Of a stretch of DNA of 24,000 nt, positions 1-7,027 are shown piece by piece. Made by a program: the position numbers and the translations under genes. Under the pieces are notes generated by a model. The model was not told the origin of the DNA. It was given only the letters and a program-made list of their open reading frames with translations, and ran no database searches. This DNA comes from Mycobacterium phage Papyrus. How positions within the stretch are numbered: position 1 is the stretch's first letter; every line of letters starts with the position of its first letter. The stretch lies in the sequence record KF416342.1. One strand, written 5' to 3'.

Positions 1-2
1 GG

Positions 3-119
3 ACTATCATGGGTCCCAACGGGAAACGGCACGCAAGTGTCAAGCTGACCTTGGCTGATGCCGAGGGCATTGCAAACCACCTGTTGGACATCGTAGAAGA
101 GGCCCGTCGTAACGCGTGA
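3..119 (+). CDS. C-terminal part or complete small phage protein (possible ATG at 9; open to the window start)
   Basis: Manual translation MGPNGKRHASVKLTLADAEGIANHLLDIVEEARRNA* from 9 to 119; below the ORF track length cut-off. Confidence 0.5.
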   Translation, partial: TIMGPNGKRHASVKLTLADAEGIANHLLDIVEEARRNA

Positions 120-127
120 CAGGGCGA

Positions 128-167
128 GCCGCACTGGCAGACATCAAGGTTCGAGTCCTTGAGCGGC
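128..167 (+). ncRNA. tRNA-like minihelix, copy 1
   Basis: gccgc | actggcagaca | tcaagg-TTCGAGT-ccttga | gcggc; outer and inner arms complementary; T-loop-like heptamer. Confidence 0.75.
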
Positions 168-174
168 ACTAGGA

Positions 175-193
175 CAGTGGCACGGGGCCACTG
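175..193 (+). promoter_or_regulatory. Second leader hairpin after minihelix copy 1
   Basis: cagtggc-acggg-gccactg, followed by the gaaagaggatgg RBS box. Confidence 0.55.
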
Positions 194-214
194 CCTTAAC
201 GAAAGAGGATGGAA

Positions 215-1144
215 ATGACCACCATTGAGAACAGTGTGAATGCAGTTGAGCTGATCGATCTGTCGGCAGCTTGCGAGAAGGCTGGAATCGGTGGGACAGT
301 TCGCAATACGGAAGTTGGCACCGGTACGCTGTACGTGGTGGCCAAGCTTCCTGACGGGAACTGGGCTTTGGACTACGAAACTGATGTGATCGACATTGCT
401 GCTTTTCAGCAGGAGGGTTGGCTCGTTGTGTCCACGGCCACAGACGGCGAGGAGGCAGAGCAGGATACCAAACCTGCTACGTACCAAGACTTCTTCGAAG
501 GTTTGCCCACCTGGTCATACTTTTGGGACGGCCGAAACATTGACTGCCAGTACATCTTTACTGGCTGGAAGCAAAACAAGTACGGCGACAACGTTCCTGC
601 GTATGTCCACCACCGGTACATGACAACCAATTTGATGTCCATCTTGGACCTGGATCACGAATGCCAGTGGGAGGCATTCACAGTCAACGGTACGCCCAAG
701 GAGGCCAGTCGCGATTTGCGGCAGGCAATCCGGACGATGTACTCGGCCTTAAAAGAAGCAGAGTCGTACAAGCAGCTGCATAGGGAAGAAGGTGAGCGGC
801 TGGAGGCAGTCAAGCGTGATTTCCGAAAGCTGAACGAACACATCAATTCCTACGCTGAAGAAACCCGCATGTGCAGCGACTATGAGCGCCGTATCTACGG
901 CTGGAACGAGACCTTCGAGGTCATGGAGCTCGAGGGTCGTGTTCGCAATTACAATGTGCCCGTACGGGTCCCTGGAGTGTTCGGGGACACTGAGGTTTGG
1001 GTTTCGGGTATCAAGGCCCGTACTCCAGAAGAGGCACGGGAACAGGTGCAGCGCATGACCGCTCAGGAAGTACTGGACAACCTGTATCAATCCGGTTACA
1101 GCATGCCGGAGTGGACCGTCGGCGATAGTACGCCGAGGGCCTAG
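215..1144 (+). CDS. Hypothetical phage protein
   Basis: Long ORF; start placed at ATG 215 (MTTIENSV) behind gaaagagg rather than ATG 209, which abuts the SD. Confidence 0.8.
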   Translation: MTTIENSVNAVELIDLSAACEKAGIGGTVRNTEVGTGTLYVVAKLPDGNWALDYETDVIDIAAFQQEGWLVVSTATDGEEAEQDTKPATYQDFFEGLPTWSYFWDGRNIDCQYIFTGWKQNKYGDNVPAYVHHRYMTTNLMSILDLDHECQWEAFTVNGTPKEASRDLRQAIRTMYSALKEAESYKQLHREEGERLEAVKRDFRKLNEHINSYAEETRMCSDYERRIYGWNETFEVMELEGRVRNYNVPVRVPGVFGDTEVWVSGIKARTPEEAREQVQRMTAQEVLDNLYQSGYSMPEWTVGDSTPRA

Positions 1145-1159
1145 CCCCAAAGCATGGCA

Positions 1160-1199
1160 GGGTGACTGGCAGACATCAGGGTTCGAGTCCCTGACACCC
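1160..1199 (+). ncRNA. tRNA-like minihelix, copy 2
   Basis: gggtg | actggcagaca | tcaggg-TTCGAGT-ccctga | caccc. Confidence 0.75.
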
Positions 1200-1204
1200 A
1201 CAAA

Positions 1205-1223
1205 GCCGTAGGCGTTCTACGGC
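1205..1223 (+). promoter_or_regulatory. Second leader hairpin after minihelix copy 2
   Basis: gccgtag-gcgtt-ctacggc, 7 bp, followed by gagaggatgg. Confidence 0.6.
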
Positions 1224-1244
1224 CTAGCAAGAGAGGATGGAACA

Positions 1245-1478
1245 ATGCCGCTACCAAGGGGGTTCAAGTTCATACGCTGCCCTGAATGCAAACGCAAAGG
1301 TGTGTCATGCAGATTCAGCGGGCGAACCGGGGAGGACTACTGGCAATGCCGCTACTGCAGCTGGTACTGCTATGCAGGAGGGGAGGACCGGATTGACGTT
1401 GAGCGTCGGCGAGCACTTGCTGAAGCCAATCCCGGTGAGCCTATATGGGTTACAGCACTGGACGATGACACATTGTAA
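1245..1478 (+). CDS. Small protein with zinc-ribbon-like Cys pattern
   Basis: RCPECKRKGVSC...YWQCRYC; ATG 1245 behind gagagga. Confidence 0.65.
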   Translation: MPLPRGFKFIRCPECKRKGVSCRFSGRTGEDYWQCRYCSWYCYAGGEDRIDVERRRALAEANPGEPIWVTALDDDTL

Positions 1479-1484
1479 CGGCAA

Positions 1485-1524
1485 GCCTGACTGGAAGGCA
1501 CCGACGTTCGAGCCGTCGGCAGGC
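1485..1524 (+). ncRNA. tRNA-like minihelix, copy 3
   Basis: gcctg | actggaaggca | ccgacg-TTCGAGC-cgtcgg | caggc. Confidence 0.75.
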
Positions 1525-1532
1525 GCGGGGTG

Positions 1533-1545
1533 AGCCACTATGGCT
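1533..1545 (+). promoter_or_regulatory. Second leader hairpin after minihelix copy 3
   Basis: agcca-cta-tggct. Confidence 0.4.
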
Positions 1546-1566
1546 TACTACAAGAAAGGGGATGGA

Positions 1567-1929
1567 ATGAAGCACGTTATCGCTATTTCAGGCAATGACC
1601 TTGCGTACCTTCGCAAGGCAGCCTTGTCGGCGTTTCAAGAGGCCGGTCAGATTGGCGTACTACGCATTTACATTACCGATGACGGCAAGCTCATGTTTGG
1701 AGCACGGGGTCACGTAACCAAAGTGATTGGTAGGCCCATTAAGGCTTCCGATGAAGAGCGCGAAATGGGTTTGAATGCCCCAAGCGGAAATCCGTACGCC
1801 AACATTGACGACGATGAAGATGCGCAAGATGCTGCTGAGGCAGTAGGCCATTCGCTGGAAGAGCGTGTTGCACACCTGGAGGAATTGATCAAGGGCGTTG
1901 TCGTGATCAACAACCTCTCAAAGTCCTAG
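1567..1929 (+). CDS. Hypothetical phage protein
   Basis: Part of ORF 1540..1929; ATG 1567 (MKHVIAISGNDL) is better spaced from gaaagggg. Confidence 0.7.
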   Translation: MKHVIAISGNDLAYLRKAALSAFQEAGQIGVLRIYITDDGKLMFGARGHVTKVIGRPIKASDEEREMGLNAPSGNPYANIDDDEDAQDAAEAVGHSLEERVAHLEELIKGVVVINNLSKS

Positions 1930-1941
1930 CAGCGCTAGGCA

Positions 1942-1984
1942 GCCGGCCACGGTTGGGTAATAGTGGTTCGAGTCCACTACCGGC
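1942..1984 (+). ncRNA. tRNA-like minihelix, copy 4 (14 nt linker)
   Basis: gccgg | ccacggttgggtaa | tagtgg-TTCGAGT-ccacta | ccggc. Confidence 0.7.
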
Positions 1985-1987
1985 ACG

Positions 1988-2009
1988 AAGGCAACAACCC
2001 CGTTGCCTT
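1988..2009 (+). promoter_or_regulatory. Second leader hairpin after minihelix copy 4
   Basis: aaggcaac-aacccc-gttgcctt, 8 bp. Confidence 0.6.
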
Positions 2010-2032
2010 ACATCAAGATTCGAGGATGGAAC

Positions 2033-2434
2033 ATGAAACGTAATGTGAAAGAGGTCGTGGTTGCATTTCTTCTGACCATGGGCCTGTTCTTCGCTCTCGC
2101 AGCAATTCACAACGCCGCCGTAACCAATGTGGCCAAGGCAGACCCAGGTGTTGGCTGCGAGACAATTCGTTGGGGTTTCCTAGGAAGCCAAAGGCGCACC
2201 ATTTGCGACGGGCCGCGCAGGCCTGACGGCAGCTGGGAGCGTTTGCGCCTGATCTGGACGCCAGCGGGTTACGTGCCACGCTACACCTACTGCGGTAGCT
2301 ACACATGCTCTTCCAGCGGTGGCTACTACCGGGAGGAGACGCTTCAGGGCAAGGAAACGTATGTGGTGTTTGACCACAACGTGCTGCCCGATGAGCCGGG
2401 TTGGCTGCCACCGGGAACGGACATTATCCGATGA
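2033..2434 (+). CDS. Putative secreted CDGP-domain-like protein with N-terminal signal/TM segment
   Basis: MKRNVKEVVVAFLLTMGLFFALAAIHNAAVTNVAKADPG signal-like start, then RRTICDGPRRPDGSWERLRLIWTPAGYVP...ETYVVFDHNVLPDEPGWLPPG, resembling mycobacterial CDGP proteins from memory. ATG 2033 behind gagga. Confidence 0.65.
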   Translation: MKRNVKEVVVAFLLTMGLFFALAAIHNAAVTNVAKADPGVGCETIRWGFLGSQRRTICDGPRRPDGSWERLRLIWTPAGYVPRYTYCGSYTCSSSGGYYREETLQGKETYVVFDHNVLPDEPGWLPPGTDIIR

Positions 2435-2613
2435 GAGACTGCAGCGAGCACGGAACCAATAGCAACGTATGCGATTTCGCTGGCTGCTTTGGCCCGGCAA
2501 AACCGTACCGTTGCATCTGTGGTGACTTCAAAACGGATTCCCCGAGAGTGCTAGACGTGCATATCCTCTGGGCCAATAGGTTCAGAGCCAATGTGGAGCA
2601 CGGCTGGCCGTAG
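2431..2613 (+). CDS. Small Cys-rich protein
   Basis: ATG 2431 overlaps the upstream stop (ATGA); MRDCSEHGTNSNVCDFAGCFGPAKPYRCICGDF. In ORF track frame 2401..2613. Confidence 0.6.
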   Translation: MRDCSEHGTNSNVCDFAGCFGPAKPYRCICGDFKTDSPRVLDVHILWANRFRANVEHGWP

Positions 2614-2621
2614 CCACAAGA

Positions 2622-2661
2622 GCCGCAATGGCATACACCCAGGTTCGAGTCCTGGGGCGGC
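2622..2661 (+). ncRNA. tRNA-like minihelix, copy 5
   Basis: gccgc | aatggcataca | cccagg-TTCGAGT-cctggg | gcggc. Confidence 0.75.
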
Positions 2662-2664
2662 ACG

Positions 2665-2691
2665 AGTCCTGAGCAATCGGCTTGGGGCACT
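2665..2691 (+). promoter_or_regulatory. Imperfect second leader hairpin after minihelix copy 5
   Basis: agtcctgagc-aatcg-gcttggggcact pairs with bulges and wobbles. Confidence 0.35.
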
Positions 2692-2707
2692 ATGAAAGAG
2701 GATGGAA

Positions 2708-2929
2708 ATGCGAGTAGCAGATGCAGTGAGGAAGACCTCTGGCATTCATCGGCTCAAGGTGGGCGAGATGTTCACCGACGCAGATGGTGATTGGGAGGTG
2801 ACCAGAGAGCCTGTGGTTGATGGCGATTGGGTCGTCGTGTACCTGAGGCCCGTGCCCTTTCACGAGGGCCAGCGCGCTAGGGCATACCGATATCCCTTGT
2901 CAACTCAGGTGAAGATGCTGCGTAAGTAA
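2708..2929 (+). CDS. Hypothetical phage protein
   Basis: MRVADAVRKTSG... behind gaaagagg; ORF track start 2702. Confidence 0.7.
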   Translation: MRVADAVRKTSGIHRLKVGEMFTDADGDWEVTREPVVDGDWVVVYLRPVPFHEGQRARAYRYPLSTQVKMLRK

Positions 2930-2973
2930 AGCACTCTGCTGTGGCTACGGGGATTGTGCCAAGTAGAGAGATA

Positions 2974-3038
2974 CCCTGCAACGGTTTTGGCGTGTTCGAG
3001 GGTTACACACCAACAGAGGTTCGATTCCTCTGGCAGGG
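2974..3038 (+). ncRNA. tRNA-like element, copy 6 (34 nt linker, 65 nt total)
   Basis: ccctgc | 34 nt | cagagg-TTCGATT-cctctg | gcaggg; 6 bp outer and 6 bp inner helices. Confidence 0.7.
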
Positions 3039-3081
3039 ACGACGGTGGGCCACCAGGTCTACCGAACGAAAGGGGATGGAA

Positions 3082-3498
3082 ATGCGTACGTTTACCTTTG
3101 GGACCCAGTATGTCCCAGAGACAAAGGCAGTCCTGAAGTGGGGCAAGTACGCCGACGGCAGCACTGCACTACGTGTTGTGTCGGAGTACGGTGAGCCTCT
3201 GGCTACGGCCACAGTCTGCCTGCGCAACTACAACCTTCAGCCGGGTAAAGGCAATGTCTTCATCTACGGGGACTACAGCGAACATGTCGGAGTGTTCGAG
3301 GCCCTGCGGAAGGCCGGGATTGTCGGTGACCCTGTGAACCGAATTCCCATGGGAGGCTTTGGCGCTTTCGCGTACGAGGCTCCCCTGCTGTGGAGCGAGC
3401 ACGAGCCAACCTGTGAGGGTATGGCAGACGTGGACTACCACACCCAAGTTGATGCCATGCTCGAACGAGTGGCACAGCAAGACAACAAGTCCCAGTAG
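3082..3498 (+). CDS. Hypothetical phage protein
   Basis: MRTFTFGTQYVPETKAVLKW...; ATG 3082 behind gaaagggg, within ORF 2941..3498. Confidence 0.75.
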   Translation: MRTFTFGTQYVPETKAVLKWGKYADGSTALRVVSEYGEPLATATVCLRNYNLQPGKGNVFIYGDYSEHVGVFEALRKAGIVGDPVNRIPMGGFGAFAYEAPLLWSEHEPTCEGMADVDYHTQVDAMLERVAQQDNKSQ

Positions 3499-3506
3499 AC
3501 TGGGCA

Positions 3507-3546
3507 GCCCGAAAGGCATACACGCTGGTTCGAGTCCAGCGCGGGC
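3507..3546 (+). ncRNA. tRNA-like minihelix, copy 7
   Basis: gcccg | aaaggcataca | cgctgg-TTCGAGT-ccagcg | cgggc. Confidence 0.75.
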
Positions 3547-3551
3547 ACGAG

Positions 3552-3564
3552 CGCCATAGTGGCG
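3552..3564 (+). promoter_or_regulatory. Second leader hairpin after minihelix copy 7
   Basis: cgcca-tag-tggcg. Confidence 0.4.
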
Positions 3565-3588
3565 TATCAAGAAAGGGGATGGACTGAG

Positions 3589-3795
3589 TTGCATAGAGAA
3601 ACGGAATTCGTGCTCGCCCGCGAGCTCAGCGATGGCAGCCTACCTCACATGCCACCGGCAGATGAGCTGCCACATCGTGGCCGAATCACAAGGATTCTCA
3701 ACGACTCTGGGGTGTTGACAATCGAGTGTGAGGACGGTATGCTCAGCCGAGGGATGAACGCCCCGGTTGAACGGTACAAGAGGGAGGCTCAGTGA
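3589..3795 (+). CDS. Small hypothetical phage protein (TTG start proposed)
   Basis: ORF 3559..3795; TTG 3589 lies about 10 nt after gaaagggg, whereas GTG 3559 sits inside the leader hairpin. Confidence 0.55.
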   Translation: MHRETEFVLARELSDGSLPHMPPADELPHRGRITRILNDSGVLTIECEDGMLSRGMNAPVERYKREAQ

Positions 3796-3917
3796 ACAAA
3801 CTGCGGAAGTTGTTGCGAGCCTACAGAGTTTCGCAGCATAGACGCCGGCTGAATGACGAAGCCCATATCGCTTGGGCCAGATCACTACTGGCAGAACGTG
3901 AACGACCGGTAGACTAG
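3792..3917 (+). CDS. Small basic protein, 41 aa
   Basis: GTGA overlap with upstream stop; MNKLRKLLRAYRVSQHRRRLNDEAHIAWARSLLAERERPVD*. Confidence 0.5.
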   Translation: MNKLRKLLRAYRVSQHRRRLNDEAHIAWARSLLAERERPVD

Positions 3918-3929
3918 TACAGCACAGGA

Positions 3930-3969
3930 GTCCGACTGGCAGACATCAGGGTTCGAGTCCCTGACGGAC
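3930..3969 (+). ncRNA. tRNA-like minihelix, copy 8
   Basis: gtccg | actggcagaca | tcaggg-TTCGAGT-ccctga | cggac. Confidence 0.75.
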
Positions 3970-3973
3970 ACGA

Positions 3974-3999
3974 CTTGGAGCCACGAGGGAGACTCCAAG
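3974..3999 (+). promoter_or_regulatory. Second leader hairpin after minihelix copy 8
   Basis: cttggag - 12 nt - ctccaag, 7 bp. Confidence 0.55.
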
Positions 4000-4027
4000 C
4001 ACCACAACAGAAAGAGGATGGGAAACA

Positions 4028-5224
4028 ATGGGCGCAGAAACCATGGAGTGGTACAACAACTTCTGCCTGATCGGGCACACCAATCAGCGTGGAAAGAGTT
4101 GGCACTATATGGAGTCCATGCAGGGAGAGGAGCCGAATCATTACCCCGAGGGCATCCCGTATGATGATGTTGTACGGCGGCTATTCAATTGGAAGCCAAT
4201 GCTTACCCGTACGGCAAACATGATTCCATGTGAGTTGCTACGGGATGAGGCAGGACAGCCCTTGACCGACGACCAGGGACGCCGTCGCTACGAACCTGAA
4301 CCGTCAGTATGGGTTCAGCGTATGGACAGCAACGGCAACCCAGTGTTCCACGAGGGCCGTCCGGTCAACGTTCCCATGAAACTGGTAGAGGTCCATGACA
4401 AACGGGGCCTGGTCCGTAGCGACAACTACCTGGAGCTGGGGCACCCCGGCAAGAACTACAAGATCCACGACTACGAGGAGTGGCTCTTGCAGTTGCTATC
4501 CAACGTGATTGGGGACACTCTCGACATTTGGTCAGCAATCCTGTTGCGCAATGGCGCTCAGGCCTGTGTCCAGGTGGCTCTTCCTGAGACGGCTCACGAC
4601 AGCACAACTGGAATGGACTTTGTTCCATACGTTCACTGCTATACGAGCCTAGACAGTAGTCTGGCTACCACTTTCGCTGGCCAAACGCTGTTGATTGTGT
4701 GCGACAACACGATGACGGCGGCCAACGCAAGAGCAGCCAAGGCAGGGCGGCAGTACAAGGCACGTCACACGTCCGGAAGCCTTGAGACCCACAAGATCTC
4801 TGAGGTCCGGCAAGCCCTGTCGATTATTCACCAAACCGCAGACAGCTCTATGGAATTCTTCCACAAGCTGGCTGCCATTGAAGTGCCCAACAAGAAGTGG
4901 ATTGAGGTGCTAGACATCATCATTCCACCGGGTGATCCCAACAAGGACAGCACCAGGACCGTTCGTGGTCGTGAGTCCAAGAGGGAACACCTGAACAGCG
5001 TGTACCAAAGTGACCCTATGGCGAATACCTGGAAAGGTACTGGCCTTGGGGTGGTACAGGCAATCAACACCTACGCAACCCACTACGCGCCACTGCGTGG
5101 CCGCTCCCGTGTTCAGGGCAACGCTGCCAAGCTGGTGGACGGTGAGTTTGCCAAGGTGGACAGCAAGAGCGTGCAGGCCCTTGCTCAAGTGATGGATATG
5201 CCAGAGTTGTTGACTACCAACTAG
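4028..5224 (+). CDS. DUF932 / phage-plasmid-like protein family
   Basis: 398 aa; overall layout (LVEVHDKRGL...DNYLELG; QTLLIVCDNTMTAANARAAKAGRQYKARHTSG) resembles DUF932 proteins. Confidence 0.65.
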   Translation: MGAETMEWYNNFCLIGHTNQRGKSWHYMESMQGEEPNHYPEGIPYDDVVRRLFNWKPMLTRTANMIPCELLRDEAGQPLTDDQGRRRYEPEPSVWVQRMDSNGNPVFHEGRPVNVPMKLVEVHDKRGLVRSDNYLELGHPGKNYKIHDYEEWLLQLLSNVIGDTLDIWSAILLRNGAQACVQVALPETAHDSTTGMDFVPYVHCYTSLDSSLATTFAGQTLLIVCDNTMTAANARAAKAGRQYKARHTSGSLETHKISEVRQALSIIHQTADSSMEFFHKLAAIEVPNKKWIEVLDIIIPPGDPNKDSTRTVRGRESKREHLNSVYQSDPMANTWKGTGLGVVQAINTYATHYAPLRGRSRVQGNAAKLVDGEFAKVDSKSVQALAQVMDMPELLTTN

Positions 5225-5232
5225 TCTGGTGC

Positions 5233-5272
5233 GGGTGACTGGCAGCCACCGGGGTTCAAGGCCCCGGCACCC
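5233..5272 (+). ncRNA. tRNA-like minihelix, copy 9
   Basis: gggtg | actggcagcca | ccgggg-TTCAAGG-ccccgg | caccc. Confidence 0.75.
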
Positions 5273-5369
5273 ACTTACTCGTGATGGATAACAGCCTGGG
5301 TTACTAGCCTGAGCATCTCAGTGTTAGTCCTACGGCTATCTCATTTTTCGTGCCAAGCAGGCTCTCGTG

Positions 5370-5378
5370 TGTTATGAT
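5370..5378 (+). promoter_or_regulatory. Candidate extended -10 promoter (TGTTATGAT)
   Basis: TGnTATGAT in the intergenic region after the minihelix array; no good -35 seen. Confidence 0.45.
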
Positions 5379-5392
5379 CCGGGGCAGGGTTA

Positions 5393-5404
5393 GGGCCTAG
5401 GCCC
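5393..5404 (+). promoter_or_regulatory. Perfect 12 bp palindrome, possible operator
   Basis: GGGCCTAGGCCC, 14 nt after the candidate -10. Confidence 0.35.
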
Positions 5405-5444
5405 GACGCCCTAGACTCCCTACGGAACACACAGAGGATGGCCC

Positions 5445-6023
5445 ATGGCATTACCAGCCGAGGAACCAGTTGTTAAGGCAATGAAGATTGCCGTTGCAGC
5501 GAAACGCAATGACTGGCATGGCAATATCGAGGCCCCGTTGGTGGACGGGATTCGCCACACAACAGTGATCGCAACCAGAAACGATGAGAGGTTGGAGGTT
5601 TCATACAAAGGCAACGCATATGAAGCTGGAGAGTACCAGATCTTCGACCGTCGTCAAAACCTACACTGTGCCAGCGTAGCTTTAGAGAAGGTTGAGGGGT
5701 GGCCGGACATCCTGGACTTGTTCAAGGCGTTCCCCAACAAGAACAAACCCAATCTAGTAGAAACATATCGCCGGCTGCCATTCGATGAACATACGGACAC
5801 ACCGGAATTCATCATGGAGCAGATGATCGGCCGTCAGCTGTTCTGGTTCTCGCACGAGTACAACAGGCTGGACTTTGACGTAGTCCTGCAACCTCGCAAG
5901 AGCAACTCAAAGAACTTTCGCATAGCGCCAGTAGGCCATCGGAAGATCTTTCACTTCATGGGGGCCAAGGCAGGCTTCCGTTCTGTCATTCTCGACACAA
6001 TCATCAAGGTAGGCAACGCATGA
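5445..6023 (+). CDS. Hypothetical phage protein
   Basis: 192 aa ORF; ATG behind cagaggatgg. Confidence 0.75.
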   Translation: MALPAEEPVVKAMKIAVAAKRNDWHGNIEAPLVDGIRHTTVIATRNDERLEVSYKGNAYEAGEYQIFDRRQNLHCASVALEKVEGWPDILDLFKAFPNKNKPNLVETYRRLPFDEHTDTPEFIMEQMIGRQLFWFSHEYNRLDFDVVLQPRKSNSKNFRIAPVGHRKIFHFMGAKAGFRSVILDTIIKVGNA

Positions 6024-6664
6024 CCGCAGTGTACCCCAACGACGTAGACGCTGTACTGGATCAGTGCATCCCGGAAGACAAGACCCTTAAAGAGGCCCGA
6101 GAGTACGCCTCTGACATGGAGCTTCCGGACATTGCTGTATCCGTGCAGCAAGCGAAGTTCCTTGAGCTGCTAGCTCGTACAGCCAAGGCCAAGAACGTCC
6201 TAGAGATCGGCACACTGGCAGGCTACAGCACCATTGCCCTAGCCCGCGCCGTCGGGGAGGACGGGTACGTGACCACAGTGGAATATGAGCCACGGCACGC
6301 CAAGGTTGCACATGTGAACCTGTATCACGCTGGAATCCACCACAGAACCAGTGTGTTGGTAGGGGATGCACACGACATCTTGCCCAAGCTGGAGCCAAAC
6401 TCGTTTGACTTCATCTTCATTGACGCCGACAAGGAGTCCAACGAGGCTTACTTCAAGTACGCGTACGGCCTTGGCACAGAAGACGTTACCGTGGTGGTGG
6501 ACAACGTTATTCGCGACGGCAGGGTGCTGGACCCTAGCAGGCCGGACAAGCGGGAATTCATAGAGTTCCTCGGCCGTCAGCCTGCATTTGACGTATCCGT
6601 TATCCAGACAACGGGTTCCAAGGGCTGGGACGGGTTCGTGCTGGCCAAGCGAAAGGTGATGTGA
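6020..6664 (+). CDS. Class I SAM-dependent O-methyltransferase (O-methyltransferase family 3-like)
   Basis: NVLEIGTLAGYSTIALARAV; TVEYEPRHAKVA; FDFIFIDADKESNEAYFKYA; VVVDNVIRDGRV. Confidence 0.85.
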   Translation: MTAVYPNDVDAVLDQCIPEDKTLKEAREYASDMELPDIAVSVQQAKFLELLARTAKAKNVLEIGTLAGYSTIALARAVGEDGYVTTVEYEPRHAKVAHVNLYHAGIHHRTSVLVGDAHDILPKLEPNSFDFIFIDADKESNEAYFKYAYGLGTEDVTVVVDNVIRDGRVLDPSRPDKREFIEFLGRQPAFDVSVIQTTGSKGWDGFVLAKRKVM

Positions 6665-6807
6665 TGGCTCGTCTACTAACAATCCACATTCAGACTCAAC
6701 GTAGGGACCGTACGGTTGTCGCCAAGATGACACGGTGCCAGTGCCTCAAGGCTGCTTGTATCATGGTCTGGGCTGCGCTCACTGGAGATTCGGAGAACCA
6801 CGAGTGA
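6664..6807 (+). CDS. Small hypothetical protein, 47 aa
   Basis: MARLLTIHIQTQRRDRTVVAKMTRCQCLKAACIMVWAALTGDSENHE*; shares a base with the upstream stop and overlaps the next GTG. Confidence 0.5.
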   Translation: MARLLTIHIQTQRRDRTVVAKMTRCQCLKAACIMVWAALTGDSENHE

Positions 6808-7019
6808 ACACAGTGGAGCTCAGGCTAGCAGCAGGCGCGAAAGGCGTAGTGGTAGTAGAGCGTTCGGACGGGGAAGAGAAGGGGCACACTGCCGTTCCCA
6901 CTGACGACTGGATGCAGTTGCGTCAAAAGGTCATGGAGCACTATGATCTTAGCAAGGCCACCCGTGTGGACTGCACCAACATCATCACCGCTCTTACTGC
7001 GGCTCTAGAAGATAGGTAG
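6804..7019 (+). CDS. Hypothetical protein
   Basis: GTG 6804 (GTGA overlap) in frame with ORF 6735..7019; MNTVELRLAAGAKGVVVVERSDG... Confidence 0.6.
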   Translation: MNTVELRLAAGAKGVVVVERSDGEEKGHTAVPTDDWMQLRQKVMEHYDLSKATRVDCTNIITALTAALEDR

Positions 7020-7027
7020 GTTTTAGG

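Noticed and set aside
128-167. Minihelices read as ordinary full tRNA genes
   Set aside because: There is no room for D and anticodon arms between the outer and T-arm-like helices (11 nt linker in most copies), and no conventional 7 bp acceptor plus anticodon loop can be placed upstream.
1237-1533. Alternative 98 aa ORF starting at the ATG in the GAGGATGG box
   Set aside because: The overlapping frame from 1245 has a zinc-ribbon-like protein, and the 1237 frame runs through minihelix copy 3.
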